Of a stretch of DNA of 64,000 bases, positions 20,551 to 31,198 are shown one piece after another. Source of the stretch: an uncultured delta proteobacterium (GTDB taxonomy: Bacteria; Myxococcota_A; UBA9160; SMWR01); contig CAWHTE010000003.1 in assembly GCA_963832165.1 (NCBI GenBank), positions 384,001-448,000 of the forward strand. The letters are read 5' to 3'. The notes beneath the pieces are model-generated. The model saw nothing but the letters and a program-made list of their open reading frames with translations. It was not told the origin of the DNA and did not search any database. The position numbers and the translations under genes were made by a program. Within the stretch, counting starts at the first letter, position 1. Each line of letters opens with the position of its first letter.

Positions 20551-21335
20551 CCGAATGGGACGCCGCCGGCTATGCCCGCCAATCGACGCTGCAAAAGTGG
20601 TTGGCGGACGAGTGCCTCGCCGGGCTCGATCTCGGCGGCGTCGAGCGCGTGCTCGACATCGGCTGTGGCGACGGGAAGATCACGGCGGAGATCGCCGGCC
20701 GCCTGGACCGGGGCACGGTGCTCGGCGTGGATCCGTCGACGCAGATGATCGCCTTCGCGCGGGAGCAGTTCGCCCACTCGCATAACAACCTGGCTTTCGA
20801 GGTCGGCGACGCTCGCGACCTGCCGTTCCACGATGAGTTCGATCTCGTGGTCTCGTTCAATGCCCTGCACTGGGTGCCGGAGCAAAGCGCCGCGCTTGCT
20901 CGCATCCGCGCGGCGCTCACGTCCTCGGGCCGCGCCGTGCTGCAATTCGTCCCCCAAGGCGAACGGAAATCGCTCGAGGACGTCCTCGAAGAGGTGCGCA
21001 GCACGCCGCGCTGGGCCGGATACTTCTCCGGCTATCGGCGGCCCTTCGTCCATGTCACCGCGGACGAATATTCAGCCATGCTGGCGGACAACGGCCTGCG
21101 CCTCGACGGCGCCGACACGGAGCTCAAGTCATGGGATTTCGGCAGCCGCGACGGGTTCGTCCACTTCGCGGAGGTCACCTTCGTCGAGTGGACACGCATG
21201 CTCCCGCCCCAGAGTCGTGCGGCCTTCATCGAAGACGTCCTCGACACCTACGGCGCGCTCGGCGATGGCACGACGGCCGATGCCAACGTCTTCCGTTTCT
21301 ATCAAATGCGCGTGGTCCTGCGCCGCGCGTCTTGA
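20547..21335 (+). CDS. Class I SAM-dependent methyltransferase (trans-aconitate methyltransferase-like)
   Basis: WDAAGY..S.LQ, VLDIGCGDG, FDLVVSFNALHWV; ATGA overlap with upstream gene. Confidence 0.85.
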   Translation: MTEWDAAGYARQSTLQKWLADECLAGLDLGGVERVLDIGCGDGKITAEIAGRLDRGTVLGVDPSTQMIAFAREQFAHSHNNLAFEVGDARDLPFHDEFDLVVSFNALHWVPEQSAALARIRAALTSSGRAVLQFVPQGERKSLEDVLEEVRSTPRWAGYFSGYRRPFVHVTADEYSAMLADNGLRLDGADTELKSWDFGSRDGFVHFAEVTFVEWTRMLPPQSRAAFIEDVLDTYGALGDGTTADANVFRFYQMRVVLRRAS

Positions 21336-21755
21336 CGGTCCACGGATGGCTGCAGGATCTCTGGAAGTAGCCTGATCCGCGCCGGAAGTCGGAGCAGGGC
21401 TCGGCAGGGGATCCGGCGCTGAGCCCGCCTCCCCGACCTATATGGGGTGCTCTGGAGGTCCCTGAGCGGCGCTGAGAGCCGTCGCAGGAGTCGCCCGCGG
21501 GAATGCCGGGGCTCCTCGACACCGCGTCGCATGAGGAAGCGTTCCAAGTGGGCTCCGTGATTGCGGCCTCGCCTATCTTTGATAGATTCCGCGGGCTTAC
21601 AAAACGGAGTCGCGCTCGCGACCCGTGTTCTTCCAGCGACTCGAAGCTTTCGTCCCGGCCCGTTCCAATGTTTGGGCCTGGAGAGTGGATCGAGTGGCGG
21701 CAGCGCGCGGGAAAACGGGCGCAAACGGAGAGTTCGATCTGGGCTCTCCGATCGC

Positions 21756-21788
21756 AAAGTGGGCGCTCCGTCCGCTTTTTTCTTTTTT
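21756..21788 (+). promoter_or_regulatory. rimP leader hairpin / intrinsic terminator-like attenuator
   Basis: AAAGTGGGC-GCTCC-GTCCGCTTT stem followed by a long T tract, about 40 nt before rimP; a second hairpin lies at 21726-21750. Confidence 0.7.
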
Positions 21789-21825
21789 GGGCCCAGATTG
21801 AGGGCGAACGAAATCTTGCAACACG

Positions 21826-22323
21826 GTGTACAGCGATATTCCGCCGGAGCTGCGCGCATTGATCGAGCCGATCGTGGAAGCACACGGCTACGAGCTAGTC
21901 GACGTCGACGTGCGCCGCGGACGCCCGCCCTGGCTGGTGCGGATCACGATCGACACGCCGCAGGGCGATGGCCGCGTGCCGATCGATCGCTGCGCGGAGA
22001 TTTCGCGCGAAGTGGGCACGCAGCTCGATGCCGAGGATGCGATCGAGCGCACGTACCGGCTCGAGGTGTCGTCGCCGGGTCTCTCGCGCGTGCTCGCGCG
22101 CGAGCGCGATTTCGCAGCGTCGTGTGGCTTCGACGTGAGCCTCGAGACACGGCGGCCGCTCGAGGGGCGTCGGCGGTTTCGTGGGCGACTCGAGAGCTTC
22201 GACGGCGCGGTGGCGCGCATGCTCGTCGACGGAGTCTCGTTCGAGATCCCGTTCGCCGAGGTGGCGCGCGGGCACCGCATCTACGACGTCACCGCGGCGG
22301 ACTTCGCGCGCCCGAAGCGCTGA
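21826..22323 (+). CDS. rimP: Ribosome maturation factor RimP
   Basis: GYELVDV, DRCAEISR, YRLEVSSPGL; first gene of the nusA-infB operon. Confidence 0.93.
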   Translation: MYSDIPPELRALIEPIVEAHGYELVDVDVRRGRPPWLVRITIDTPQGDGRVPIDRCAEISREVGTQLDAEDAIERTYRLEVSSPGLSRVLARERDFAASCGFDVSLETRRPLEGRRRFRGRLESFDGAVARMLVDGVSFEIPFAEVARGHRIYDVTAADFARPKR

Positions 22324-22348
22324 TGCGCATCGCGGTGGAGGCAATCCA

Positions 22349-23665
22349 ATGCTCGGTCTGAAACGCGAGATCGATCAGGTCGCCAAGGACAAGGGACTCG
22401 ATTCCAAGGAGATCATCGCCGCGCTCGAAGAGGCGATGCGCCAGGCCGCCAAGCGCGAGCGCGGTCTCGAGACCGAGATCGACGCGCGTTTCAACGAAGA
22501 GCTCGGCGAGATCGAGCTGTTCGAGTTCCGCCAGGTCGTCGACGAGGTCACGGACAAGAACTCGCACATCAGTCTCCAGGACGCGAAGGTGTTCGATCCG
22601 GACGCCGAGGTCGGCGACGAGATCGGCGTCAAGGTCGATACCTCGAGCTTCGGCCGCATCCTCGCCCAGACCGCCAAGCAGGTGATCATCCAGCGGATCC
22701 GCGAAGCGGAGCGCGACACCGTCTTCGAAGAGTACAAGGACCGCGCTCACGAGATCGTGAACGGGATCGTCCGGCGCTTCGAGAAGGGCGCGATCATCAT
22801 CGATCTCGGACGTGCCGAGGCGGTGATTCCGCCCAAGGAGCAGGTGCCGCGCGAGAACTACCGGCCCAACGACCGGATCCGCGCCTACGTGGTCGAGGTG
22901 AACAAGAACTCCAAGGGCTCGCAGATCGTGCTGTCACGGGCGAACCTCGAGATGCTCACGAAGCTGTTCGAGCAGGAGGTCCCCGAGATCTACGAGGGGA
23001 TCGTCGAGATCAAGGCCGCTGCGCGCGAGCCGGGCGGGCGATCGAAGATCGCCGTCGCGTCGCGCGACAGCGATGTGGACCCCGTCGGCGCGTGCGTGGG
23101 CATGAAGGGCAGCCGCGTGCAGGCGGTGGTGCAGGAGCTGCGCGGCGAGCGGATCGACATCGTGCCGTGGAGCGCGGATCCCGCGCGTTATGTGTGCTCC
23201 GCGCTGTCGCCGGCAGCGGTGTCGAAGGTGATCATCGACGACGCACAGAGGTCGATGGACGTGATCGTCCCCGACGATCAGCTCTCGCTCGCGATCGGCC
23301 GCAAGGGCCAGAACGTGAGGCTCGCGGTTCAGCTCACGGGTTGGCGCATCGACATCAAGAGCGAGTCGAAGATGCGCGAGCTCGCGCGCTGGCTGTCCGA
23401 GGCGGTGTCGGTCGTGGAGGGCTGCGGCGATGCGGACGCCGAACTGCTGCTCCAGCAGGGCATCACGTCGCTCGAGGACCTCGCGCACTGCGACAACGAT
23501 CTGCTCACGCAGATGCCGGGCATCGACGATGCGGGCGCGGCCGCGATCAAGAAGCGCGCCGGCGAGCTCGCGCTGCAGAAGCGCAAGCAGGAGGAAGAGG
23601 CGGCGCGGCGCGCGGCCGAGGCAGCGGCGACTCCGGTCGAGGATCCGGGGGCGAAGGGTCGTTAG
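22349..23665 (+). CDS. nusA: Transcription termination/antitermination factor NusA
   Basis: FGRILAQTAKQVIIQRIREAER, AREPGGRSKIAV, DPVGACVGMKG, AIGRKGQNVRLA. Confidence 0.97.
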   Translation: MLGLKREIDQVAKDKGLDSKEIIAALEEAMRQAAKRERGLETEIDARFNEELGEIELFEFRQVVDEVTDKNSHISLQDAKVFDPDAEVGDEIGVKVDTSSFGRILAQTAKQVIIQRIREAERDTVFEEYKDRAHEIVNGIVRRFEKGAIIIDLGRAEAVIPPKEQVPRENYRPNDRIRAYVVEVNKNSKGSQIVLSRANLEMLTKLFEQEVPEIYEGIVEIKAAAREPGGRSKIAVASRDSDVDPVGACVGMKGSRVQAVVQELRGERIDIVPWSADPARYVCSALSPAAVSKVIIDDAQRSMDVIVPDDQLSLAIGRKGQNVRLAVQLTGWRIDIKSESKMRELARWLSEAVSVVEGCGDADAELLLQQGITSLEDLAHCDNDLLTQMPGIDDAGAAAIKKRAGELALQKRKQEEEAARRAAEAAATPVEDPGAKGR

Positions 23666-23701
23666 AGAGCAGGGCGCATAGCGGCCGACCCTCGCAGGGC
23701 G

Positions 23702-23730
23702 CGCGCAGCGAGCCGAAGGCGAGCGAAGAC
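23702..23730 (+). repeat. GA-hairpin dispersed repeat, copy 2
   Basis: CGCGCAGCGAGCC-GAA-GGCGAGCGAAGAC. Confidence 0.8.
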
Positions 23731-23745
23731 CAGCAGAAAGGCGGA

Positions 23746-26193
23746 ATGGCGAACATCAGGGCATACAAGCTGGCGGAAGAGCTCGGGATCGACCGGGCCG
23801 CGATCGTCGATCGCGCAGCCGAGGTCGGCATCGAGCTCAAGAGCCCGATGGCCGGGGTCGACGAAGAGACCGCCGCGCTCCTGCGCGAGAAGCTCGGCAA
23901 GGTTGCCGAGACGACCTCCGTCATGACCGAGCGGCGCGTCCAGCGGACGGGCGGCGGTGCGGCCGTGATCCGCCGGCGCAAGGCCGCACCCGTCGAGCTG
24001 CCGCCCGAGCCCGAGCCCGTCGCCGACGAGATTGCCGCATCGGGCGCCGAGCCGATCGCGGTCGAGCCGGAGCCCATCTCCGACGAGCGGGAGTCCGTCC
24101 CCGAGGAGCCGCTCGTCGAGGTCACCGAGCCCGAGCCCGCTCCGCGTCCGATCGCCGCCCAGGCGGGCGAGACAGGGACCTCGCGGCCGATCGGGGGTCT
24201 CCGACTCGCGCCCGACGCGCCGGAGCGCGCCCCGGGGCCCGACCGCTCCGGCCGTCAGCGCAAGCTCGTTCGCGAGGTGGTGAACCTGCGTGAGCAGGAG
24301 ACGCTCGCGCGCCAGGCCGTCGGCCGCGCGCCGGTGCGTCGCCAGGTGACGGTGGATCCGCGCACTGCGGCGTCGCCGCGGCGCAAGCGGCGCGACGCGC
24401 TCAATCGTCCTGCGGCAGCGCGCTCCGCTTCCGATCAGCGCCGCATGCTCCGCATCGAGGGTTCGATCTCCGTCGGCGAGCTCGCGCGTCAGCTCGGGTC
24501 GAAGGCGCCCGATGTCCAGCGCAAGCTGATGGCGCTCGGCACGATGGTCTCGATCAACACGTCGATCGACGTGGCCACCGCCGCGAAGGTGGCCGCCGAG
24601 TTCGGCTTCGACGTGCAGGACACCGGCTTCAAGGAGCAGGCGTACTTCGCAACGCCCAGCGAAGCGGCGATCGAAGGCCTGAAGCCGCGCCCGCCGATCG
24701 TGACCGTGATGGGCCACGTCGACCACGGCAAGACCTCGCTGCTCGACGCGATCCGCCATGCGAACGTGGTGGAGGGCGAGGCGGGCGGCATCACTCAACA
24801 CATCGGTGCGTATCAGGCGCGCGTGGGCGACGGCGTGATCACGTTCATCGACACGCCCGGCCACGCGGCGTTCACGGAGATGCGTGCGCGCGGCGCGAAG
24901 GTGACCGACCTCGTGATCCTCGTCGTGGCGGCCACCGAGGGCGTGATGCCCCAGACGGTCGAGGCGATCGAGCACGCGAAGGCCGCCAACGTGCCGATCG
25001 TGGTCGCGGTCAACAAGATCGATCTGCCCGGCGCGAATCCGTCGCTGATCCGCCAGCGCCTCATGGAGCACGGGCTCGTCGCCGAGGAGTTCGGCGGCGA
25101 GACGATCAGCGCCGAAGTGTCGGCGACCAAGGGCACCGGGATCGAGAAGCTGCTCGAGATGGTGCTGCTCCAGGCCGAGGTGCTCGAGCTCAGGGCCGAT
25201 CCGGACCAGCGTGCGTCCGGCATCGTGCTCGAGGCGAGCCTGGACAAGGGCAAGGGCCCGGTCGCGACGGTGCTAGTCCAGCAGGGAACACTGCGGCGCG
25301 GCGACACCGTCGTCGTGGGAACGAGCTTCGGCCGCGTGCGCGCGATGGACGACGAGCACGGCAAGCGCGTCGACGAGGCCGGCCCGTCGGTGCCCGTGCA
25401 GATCAACGGCCTGATCTCGGTTCCCGAGGCGGGCGATCCGTTCAACGTGGTCGAGAGCGAGCGCGTCGCCAAGGACATCGTCGCGCACCGCGAATCGGAG
25501 CAGCGCGAGCGCCCCGTCGCGGCTCCGGCGCGGCTCACGCTCGACGAATTCTTCGCGCATGCCGAGGGCGGCGGCGTGAAAGAGCTGCAGGTCGTGCTCA
25601 AGGCCGACACGCAGGGCTCGGTCGAGGCGCTGCGCGCTTCGCTGCTCGATCTCTCGACCGATTCGGTCAAGGTCGACGTGCTGCTCGCGTCCGTCGGTGC
25701 GATCACGGAGACGGACGTCATGCTCGCGAAGGCGAGCGAGGGCATCATCGTCGGCTTCCACGTGCGCCCCGACCCGGCTGCGCGGCGCGCCGCCGAAGGG
25801 CAGGGCGTCGAGATCCGCATCTATCAGGTGATCTACGAGGTCGTCGACGACGTCCGCAAGGCGATGGCGGGCCTGCTGCCGCCGACGATCAGCGAGAAGT
25901 TCGAGGGCCGCGCCGAGGTGCGCGACACGTTCAGCGTTCCGCGCGTGGGCACGATCGCCGGGTGCCACGTGGGCGAAGGCAAGGTGCGCCGCGGCGCCTC
26001 GTGCCGACTGCTGCGCGACGGCGTCCAGATCTACGAAGGGCGCATCACCTCGCTCAAGCGCTTCAAGGACGATGTGCGCGAGGTGAACTCGGGCTTCGAG
26101 TGCGGCCTCGGCATCGAGGGCTACAACGACGTGAAGGTTGGCGACGTCGTCGAAACGTACGTGCTCGAGGAGAAGCCGGCGACGCTCGAATGA
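23746..26193 (+). CDS. infB: Translation initiation factor IF-2
   Basis: [51 protein letters not shown]. Confidence 0.97.
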   Translation: MANIRAYKLAEELGIDRAAIVDRAAEVGIELKSPMAGVDEETAALLREKLGKVAETTSVMTERRVQRTGGGAAVIRRRKAAPVELPPEPEPVADEIAASGAEPIAVEPEPISDERESVPEEPLVEVTEPEPAPRPIAAQAGETGTSRPIGGLRLAPDAPERAPGPDRSGRQRKLVREVVNLREQETLARQAVGRAPVRRQVTVDPRTAASPRRKRRDALNRPAAARSASDQRRMLRIEGSISVGELARQLGSKAPDVQRKLMALGTMVSINTSIDVATAAKVAAEFGFDVQDTGFKEQAYFATPSEAAIEGLKPRPPIVTVMGHVDHGKTSLLDAIRHANVVEGEAGGITQHIGAYQARVGDGVITFIDTPGHAAFTEMRARGAKVTDLVILVVAATEGVMPQTVEAIEHAKAANVPIVVAVNKIDLPGANPSLIRQRLMEHGLVAEEFGGETISAEVSATKGTGIEKLLEMVLLQAEVLELRADPDQRASGIVLEASLDKGKGPVATVLVQQGTLRRGDTVVVGTSFGRVRAMDDEHGKRVDEAGPSVPVQINGLISVPEAGDPFNVVESERVAKDIVAHRESEQRERPVAAPARLTLDEFFAHAEGGGVKELQVVLKADTQGSVEALRASLLDLSTDSVKVDVLLASVGAITETDVMLAKASEGIIVGFHVRPDPAARRAAEGQGVEIRIYQVIYEVVDDVRKAMAGLLPPTISEKFEGRAEVRDTFSVPRVGTIAGCHVGEGKVRRGASCRLLRDGVQIYEGRITSLKRFKDDVREVNSGFECGLGIEGYNDVKVGDVVETYVLEEKPATLE

Positions 26194-26531
26194 TCGTGGG
26201 CGCCTGCGTCGTCGAGCTGCACATCGAGGGCGCCCAATCACTCAAGGCGAAACGCGGCGTGGTCCGATCGATCGTGCGGCGCGTGCGCAACGAGTTCAAC
26301 CTCGCCGTGACGGAGATCGGCGGTCAGGACACCTGGCAATATGCGGCGCTCGGGCTCGCCGCCGGGGGCGCGGACGCCGCGAGCGTGCGCACGGTGCTCG
26401 AGCGCGCGGGCAACTTCATCGAGGAACTCCACCTCGCGCGCGTGTTGTCGGCCGACATCGAAGTCGTCGATCTGCCGCACGACGAACGGCCCTGGGATCC
26501 CGAAGGCGAAGACGAAGGCGAGGACGAGTGA
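26190..26531 (+). CDS. DUF503 (YlxP-like) protein
   Basis: MIVG...ELHIEGAQSLKAKRGVVRSI..RVRNEFNLAVTE; typical position after infB. Confidence 0.85.
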   Translation: MIVGACVVELHIEGAQSLKAKRGVVRSIVRRVRNEFNLAVTEIGGQDTWQYAALGLAAGGADAASVRTVLERAGNFIEELHLARVLSADIEVVDLPHDERPWDPEGEDEGEDE

Positions 26532-26961
26532 CGAGGCGTACCGAACGCATCGCGGGGGAGCTGCTCGCAGAGCTCTCGCGCCTGCTCCGCGAGGAGGTCA
26601 CCGATCCGCGCGTGGGCGTCGTCACGCTCACGCGCATCGACGTGGCACCCGACCTCACCCACGCACTCGTGTTCTGGAGCGCACTCGATCTCGGGAGCGA
26701 GCGCATCGACGAGCACCAGGCCGGACTCGACAGCGCATCGCCGTTCCTGCGCCGCCGGATCGCGAGCGAGCTGCCGCTCAAGCGCAGCCCCGAGCTGCGC
26801 TTCCGCTACGATCCATCGCTGGCGCTCGGAGCCCAGACGCTCTCGATGCTCGCAAGTTTAGGCGGCGAAGGCGAGCGAAGCCAGAAGACGGTTTCGCGCA
26901 GCGAGCCGAAGGCGAGCTCGAGCCGGACGAGGCGGAGGGGAACGATGGCCCGGAGAGGTAG
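26528..26961 (+). CDS. rbfA: 30S ribosome-binding factor A (3' end uncertain: no in-frame stop before truB)
   Basis: RRTERIA..DPRV..VTLTRIDVAPDL, PELRFRYDPS; as sequenced it reads through into truB. Confidence 0.85.
26866..26917 (+). repeat. GA-hairpin dispersed repeat, copy 3 plus upstream partial copy
   Basis: CGAAGGCGAGCGAAG (26866-26880) then GTTTCGCGCAGCGAGCC-GAA-GGCGAGC (26891-26917). Confidence 0.75.
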
Positions 26962-27895
26962 GCGCCGGAACGTCGAAGCGCCGGGTGCATCGGGCTTTCT
27001 CGTCGTCGACAAGCCCGCGGGCTGGACGTCGCACGACGTGGTCGATGCCGCGCGCGGCTGGTTCGGCACGCGCCGCGTCGGGCATCTCGGGACGCTCGAC
27101 CCGCTCGCCACGGGCGTGCTGCCGCTCGCGATTCGCGCGGCGACGAAGCTCGTGCCCTACGTGCAGGATCGCGACAAGGGCTATGCGGGCGCGATCCGGC
27201 TCGGACGCGTCACCGACACACTCGACGCCGAGGGACGCGTGCTGCGCGAGCACTCGGGCCCGTGGCCCGACGAGGCGCGCGTCGAGGAGGCGATGCAGAC
27301 TCTGGTCGGCGACCTCGAGCAGGTGCCGCCGATGTTCTCTGCGGTCAAGAAGGACGGCGTGCCGCTGCACAAGCTCGCGCGCGAGGGACGCGAGGTCGAG
27401 CGCGATCCGAAGCTCGTACACATCGAGCGCTTCGAGCTGCGCAAGTACGATCCGCCGCGGCTCGAGATTGCGGTCGAGTGCTCGGGCGGCACCTACGTGC
27501 GCGTGCTCGCGGCCGATCTCGGCGAGCGGCTCGGCTGCGGCGCACATCTCGCGGATCTGCGCCGCACGCGCAGCGGCCCGTTCACGCTCGATCAGGCGAC
27601 TTCGCCCGAGACGCTGCGCGTGGAGGCCGAGTCGGGAGAGATCGAGCGGCGCCTGATCTCGCCGCTCTCGGTGCTCGGCCTGCCCGCGCTGCGGCTGTCC
27701 GCCGACGAGGTGCAGCGGGTCGCGCAGGGGTCCGATATCGCCGCGGACATCCCGCCTGAGGTGCCCGGCACCCGCATGGTGGCGCACGACGACGAGGGCA
27801 GGGTGATCGGCATTCTCGAGCTGCGGCCCGGCCGCCGGCTGCGCCCGCTGCGCGTCGTAGACTGGGACGGCGCGCCGTTTGCGGGGCGCCGTTAG
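26945..27895 (+). CDS. truB: tRNA pseudouridine(55) synthase
   Basis: [44 protein letters not shown]; own GGAGG RBS. Confidence 0.95.
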   Translation: MARRGRRRNVEAPGASGFLVVDKPAGWTSHDVVDAARGWFGTRRVGHLGTLDPLATGVLPLAIRAATKLVPYVQDRDKGYAGAIRLGRVTDTLDAEGRVLREHSGPWPDEARVEEAMQTLVGDLEQVPPMFSAVKKDGVPLHKLAREGREVERDPKLVHIERFELRKYDPPRLEIAVECSGGTYVRVLAADLGERLGCGAHLADLRRTRSGPFTLDQATSPETLRVEAESGEIERRLISPLSVLGLPALRLSADEVQRVAQGSDIAADIPPEVPGTRMVAHDDEGRVIGILELRPGRRLRPLRVVDWDGAPFAGRR

Positions 27896-28011
27896 CTCTG
27901 CAAGACTCCTGCATTCTCTGGGGTTTCGCACCCGCTATTTCAAGAGCTGGAGTGCATCCCACCCCGAAGTACTCGCGTACCACAGCCGGTGCGCCGATAA
28001 AGGAAGTGAAC

Positions 28012-28278
28012 TTGATCGCCAGTCTGCAGAAGCAAGCGACCGTCGACGCGAATCGCGTCCATGAAACCGATACCGGGTCGCCCGAAGTGCAGGTGGCGCT
28101 CTTGACGGAGAGGATCAACGGCCTCTCCACGCACTTCGAGGTCCACGCAAAGGACCATCACTCGCGCCGTGGGCTGCTCAAGCTGGTGAGCCAGCGCCGA
28201 CGCCTCCTGAACTACTTGAGGAGGACCCAGCCCGACCGATATCGGGCACTGATCGAGAAGCTGGGGTTGCGCCGATAG
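28012..28278 (+). CDS. rpsO: 30S ribosomal protein S15
   Basis: [32 protein letters not shown] start after AAGGA. Confidence 0.96.
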   Translation: MIASLQKQATVDANRVHETDTGSPEVQVALLTERINGLSTHFEVHAKDHHSRRGLLKLVSQRRRLLNYLRRTQPDRYRALIEKLGLRR

Positions 28279-28323
28279 TCGGCAGCAATCCCGCGGCGGC
28301 TGTCACCAGCGCACCGCCGACCA

Positions 28324-28432
28324 TGGAGGTGAAACGCCTCCACCATTCCGGGCGACGTGGAGTGCGTCGTTGTGGAATGCGGAAGTCCGCCATACGCGAA
28401 GTCACACTCGCGCATCGCCGATTCCGCATTCC
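28324..28432 (+). promoter_or_regulatory. Structured pnp 5' leader (hairpin plus long stem-loop)
   Basis: TGGAGGTG-AAA-CGCCTCCA (28324-28342); perfect 11-bp stem GGAATGCGGAA (28374-28384) / TTCCGCATTCC (28422-28432). Confidence 0.6.
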
Positions 28433-28515
28433 CGCGCGTCTCCAAACCGACCTCCAGAGCGTCGCCCCAGACACCCGGCCCCAAACATCGGGCCGGGAGG
28501 AGATGCAAAGGCAAC

Positions 28516-30705
28516 ATGCCGAACTACTGGTTCAAACCCGAAACGGTCACCTTCGATTTTGGTGGCCGACCCATGACGATCGAGACCGGCCGCCTCGCCA
28601 AGCAGGCCGCCGGCGCTGCGCTCGTCACCTACGGCGAGACCGCCGTGCTAGTCACGGCGACGCACGCCGACCCGCGACCCGGAATCGACTTCTTCCCGCT
28701 CACCGTCGACTTCGTCGAGAAGACGTCGGCGGCCGGCAAGATTCCGGGCGGATTCTTCAAGCGTGAGGGGCGCCTCTCGGATCGCGAAGTGCTCGTGTCG
28801 CGCTTCATCGATCGCTCGATCCGTCCGCTGTTCGCCGATGGCTACAACGACGAGACCCAGATCATCGCGACGGTGCTCTCGGCGGATGGCGAGAACACGC
28901 CGGACATCCCGGCGTTCATCGGCGCCTCCGCGGCGCTCGCGATCTCGGAGATCCCGTTCCTCGGACCGATTGCGGCCGTGCGCATGGGCCGCGCGGCCGA
29001 TCGGTGGATCGTCAACCCGACTCCCGAGGAGACCGCTGCGAGCGACATCGATCTCGTGGTGTGCGGGAGCCGTGGCGCGCTCGTGATGGTCGAGGGCGGG
29101 GCGAAGCAGGTGCCCGAGCCGGAGATCCTGGCGGGGCTCAAGCGCGCTCACCAGGAGATCGTCGCCGCGATCGACAGCATCGAGGCGCTCGCCGCCAAGG
29201 TGAGCGTGCCGAAGATCGTCGTGCCGGCGCCTGCCGACAAGAGCGAACTCGCGGCGCGCGTGCGCGCCCAGGCGGAGGCGCGTCTCGCGGCCGCCGTGCA
29301 GATCCGGGCCAAGCACGAGCGCTATGCGGCGATCGCCGAGGTCGAGAAGGAGGTAGTGGACGGCTTCGTCAGCGCGTTCCGAAACGCCCCCGCGACACTC
29401 GACACGCTAGCGGCGATCGAGAAGCGCCAGTCCGAGCTGAAGGATCTCTCGGGATCGGTCAAGGGGATCCTGCACGACCTGCGCTCCGAGCTGATGCGCA
29501 AGCGCATCCTCGACGACGGGGCACGGATCGACGGCCGCCGGAGCGACGAGATCCGGCAGATCGCGTGCGAGGTGCGGTCACTGCCGCGGCCGCACGGCAT
29601 CGCGCTGTTCACGCGCGGCGAGACCCAGGCGATGGTGTTCACCACGCTGGGCGGACAGAGCGACCAGCAGACGATCGACGCGCTGACCTCGCGCACGAGC
29701 AAGCGCTTCTACCTGCACTACAACTTCCCGCCGTTCTCGGTCGGCGAGGCGCGCATGCAGCGCGGGCCCGGCCGGCGCGAGGTGGGACACGGGAACCTCG
29801 CCGAGCGCGCGCTCGCGCAGGTGCTGCCCGACCTCGAGGGCTTCCCGTACACGATCCGGATCGTGTCCGAGACGCTCGAGTCGAACGGCTCGTCCTCGAT
29901 GGCCACGATCTGCGGCGGGACGCTCTCGCTCATGGACGCGGGCGTGCCGCTGATTGCGCCCGTCGCGGGCATCGCGATGGGTCTGATCGAGGAAGGGGAT
30001 CGCGTGGCGATCCTGTCCGACATCCTCGGCGACGAGGATCACCTCGGCGACATGGACTTCAAGGTCGCGGGCACGCGCGCGGGGATCACGGCGCTGCAGA
30101 TGGACATCAAGATCCGCAGCGTCGACTGGAACGTGCTCGAGCGCGCGCTCGAGCAGGCGCGCGTGGGACGGCTCCACATCCTCGACCGCATGGAGCAGGA
30201 GACGGTGGGCGAGTTCGTCGACTTCCGGCCTCGGACCGAGCTCTCGCGCTATGCCCCGCGCGTCAAGATGATCATGATCAAGCCGGATCGGATCCGCGAC
30301 GTGATCGGGCCGGGCGGCAAGGTGATCCGCGGCATCCAGGACGCCACGGGGACCAAGATCGACATCGAGGATACGGGCATCGTCACGATCTTCTCGCCGG
30401 ACACCGCCGCGCTCGAGCTCGCGGAGGGGATGGTCAACGAGCTCACGCAGGAAGCGGAGCTCGACCGCGTCTACCTCGGCAAGGTGAAGCGGATCACCGA
30501 CTTCGGTGCGTTCGTGGAGATCTTCCCGGGCACCGACGGGCTGATCCACATCAGCCATCTCGCCGAGGGGCGGGTCGAGAAGGTCACCGACGTGGTGAGC
30601 GAGGGCGACGAGGTGCTCGCGAAGTGCATCGAGATCGATCCCTCGGGCCGCATCCGGCTCTCGCGCAAGGAGGCACTGGCAGACGCCGCAGCCGCGGCGT
30701 CCTAG
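28516..30705 (+). CDS. pnp: Polyribonucleotide nucleotidyltransferase
   Basis: ETGRLAKQA, DFFPLTVD, GKIPGGFFKREG, LESNGSSSMA, DHLGDMDFKVAG, KH and S1 domains. Confidence 0.97.
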   Translation: MPNYWFKPETVTFDFGGRPMTIETGRLAKQAAGAALVTYGETAVLVTATHADPRPGIDFFPLTVDFVEKTSAAGKIPGGFFKREGRLSDREVLVSRFIDRSIRPLFADGYNDETQIIATVLSADGENTPDIPAFIGASAALAISEIPFLGPIAAVRMGRAADRWIVNPTPEETAASDIDLVVCGSRGALVMVEGGAKQVPEPEILAGLKRAHQEIVAAIDSIEALAAKVSVPKIVVPAPADKSELAARVRAQAEARLAAAVQIRAKHERYAAIAEVEKEVVDGFVSAFRNAPATLDTLAAIEKRQSELKDLSGSVKGILHDLRSELMRKRILDDGARIDGRRSDEIRQIACEVRSLPRPHGIALFTRGETQAMVFTTLGGQSDQQTIDALTSRTSKRFYLHYNFPPFSVGEARMQRGPGRREVGHGNLAERALAQVLPDLEGFPYTIRIVSETLESNGSSSMATICGGTLSLMDAGVPLIAPVAGIAMGLIEEGDRVAILSDILGDEDHLGDMDFKVAGTRAGITALQMDIKIRSVDWNVLERALEQARVGRLHILDRMEQETVGEFVDFRPRTELSRYAPRVKMIMIKPDRIRDVIGPGGKVIRGIQDATGTKIDIEDTGIVTIFSPDTAALELAEGMVNELTQEAELDRVYLGKVKRITDFGAFVEIFPGTDGLIHISHLAEGRVEKVTDVVSEGDEVLAKCIEIDPSGRIRLSRKEALADAAAAAS

Positions 30706-30715
30706 CCTCTCCTGA

Positions 30716-31198
30716 ATGAGTTCGCCCCGCGCGCCCGTCACGGTCCGGATCACGCGATTGCCGGGCGCGCGGGGACTGCCTCTGCCCGCGCGTGCCACCG
30801 CGGGCTCGGCGGGTTTCGATCTGCACGCCGCGCTCGAGCACGAGCTCGTGCTCGAGCCGGGCGATCGCGCGCTCGTGCCGACGGGCTTCGCGATCGCGTT
30901 GCCCGACGGGTTCGAGGCGCAGGTGCGCCCGCGCAGCGGCCTCGCGCTGCGGCACGGGCTCGTGCTGCCGAACGCGCCCGGGACGATCGACGCGGACTAC
31001 CGCGGCGAGGTCTCGGTGATCGTGTTGAACGCCGGCCGCGATCCGATCACGCTGCGGCGCGGCGATCGCATCGCGCAGATGGTGGTCGCGCCGGTCGCGA
31101 ATGCGCGCTTCGTCGAGGTCGATACCCTCGAAGAGACAGCTCGCGGGGCCGGAGGCTTCGGCCACACCGGTAGCGCCGCATCGGAGCTAAAGACATGA
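30716..31198 (+). CDS. dut: dUTP diphosphatase
   Basis: [41 protein letters not shown]. Confidence 0.96.
   Translation: MSSPRAPVTVRITRLPGARGLPLPARATAGSAGFDLHAALEHELVLEPGDRALVPTGFAIALPDGFEAQVRPRSGLALRHGLVLPNAPGTIDADYRGEVSVIVLNAGRDPITLRRGDRIAQMVVAPVANARFVEVDTLEETARGAGGFGHTGSAASELKT

Noticed and set aside
21443..21520. TPP riboswitch-like GGGGTGC...GCTGAGA
   Set aside because: Downstream conserved ACCTGA..AAT..GCG.AGG elements are absent and there is no thiamine gene nearby
27896..28011. S15 autoregulatory leader upstream of rpsO
   Set aside because: Only a weak GU-rich stem is visible; cannot be supported without comparative data
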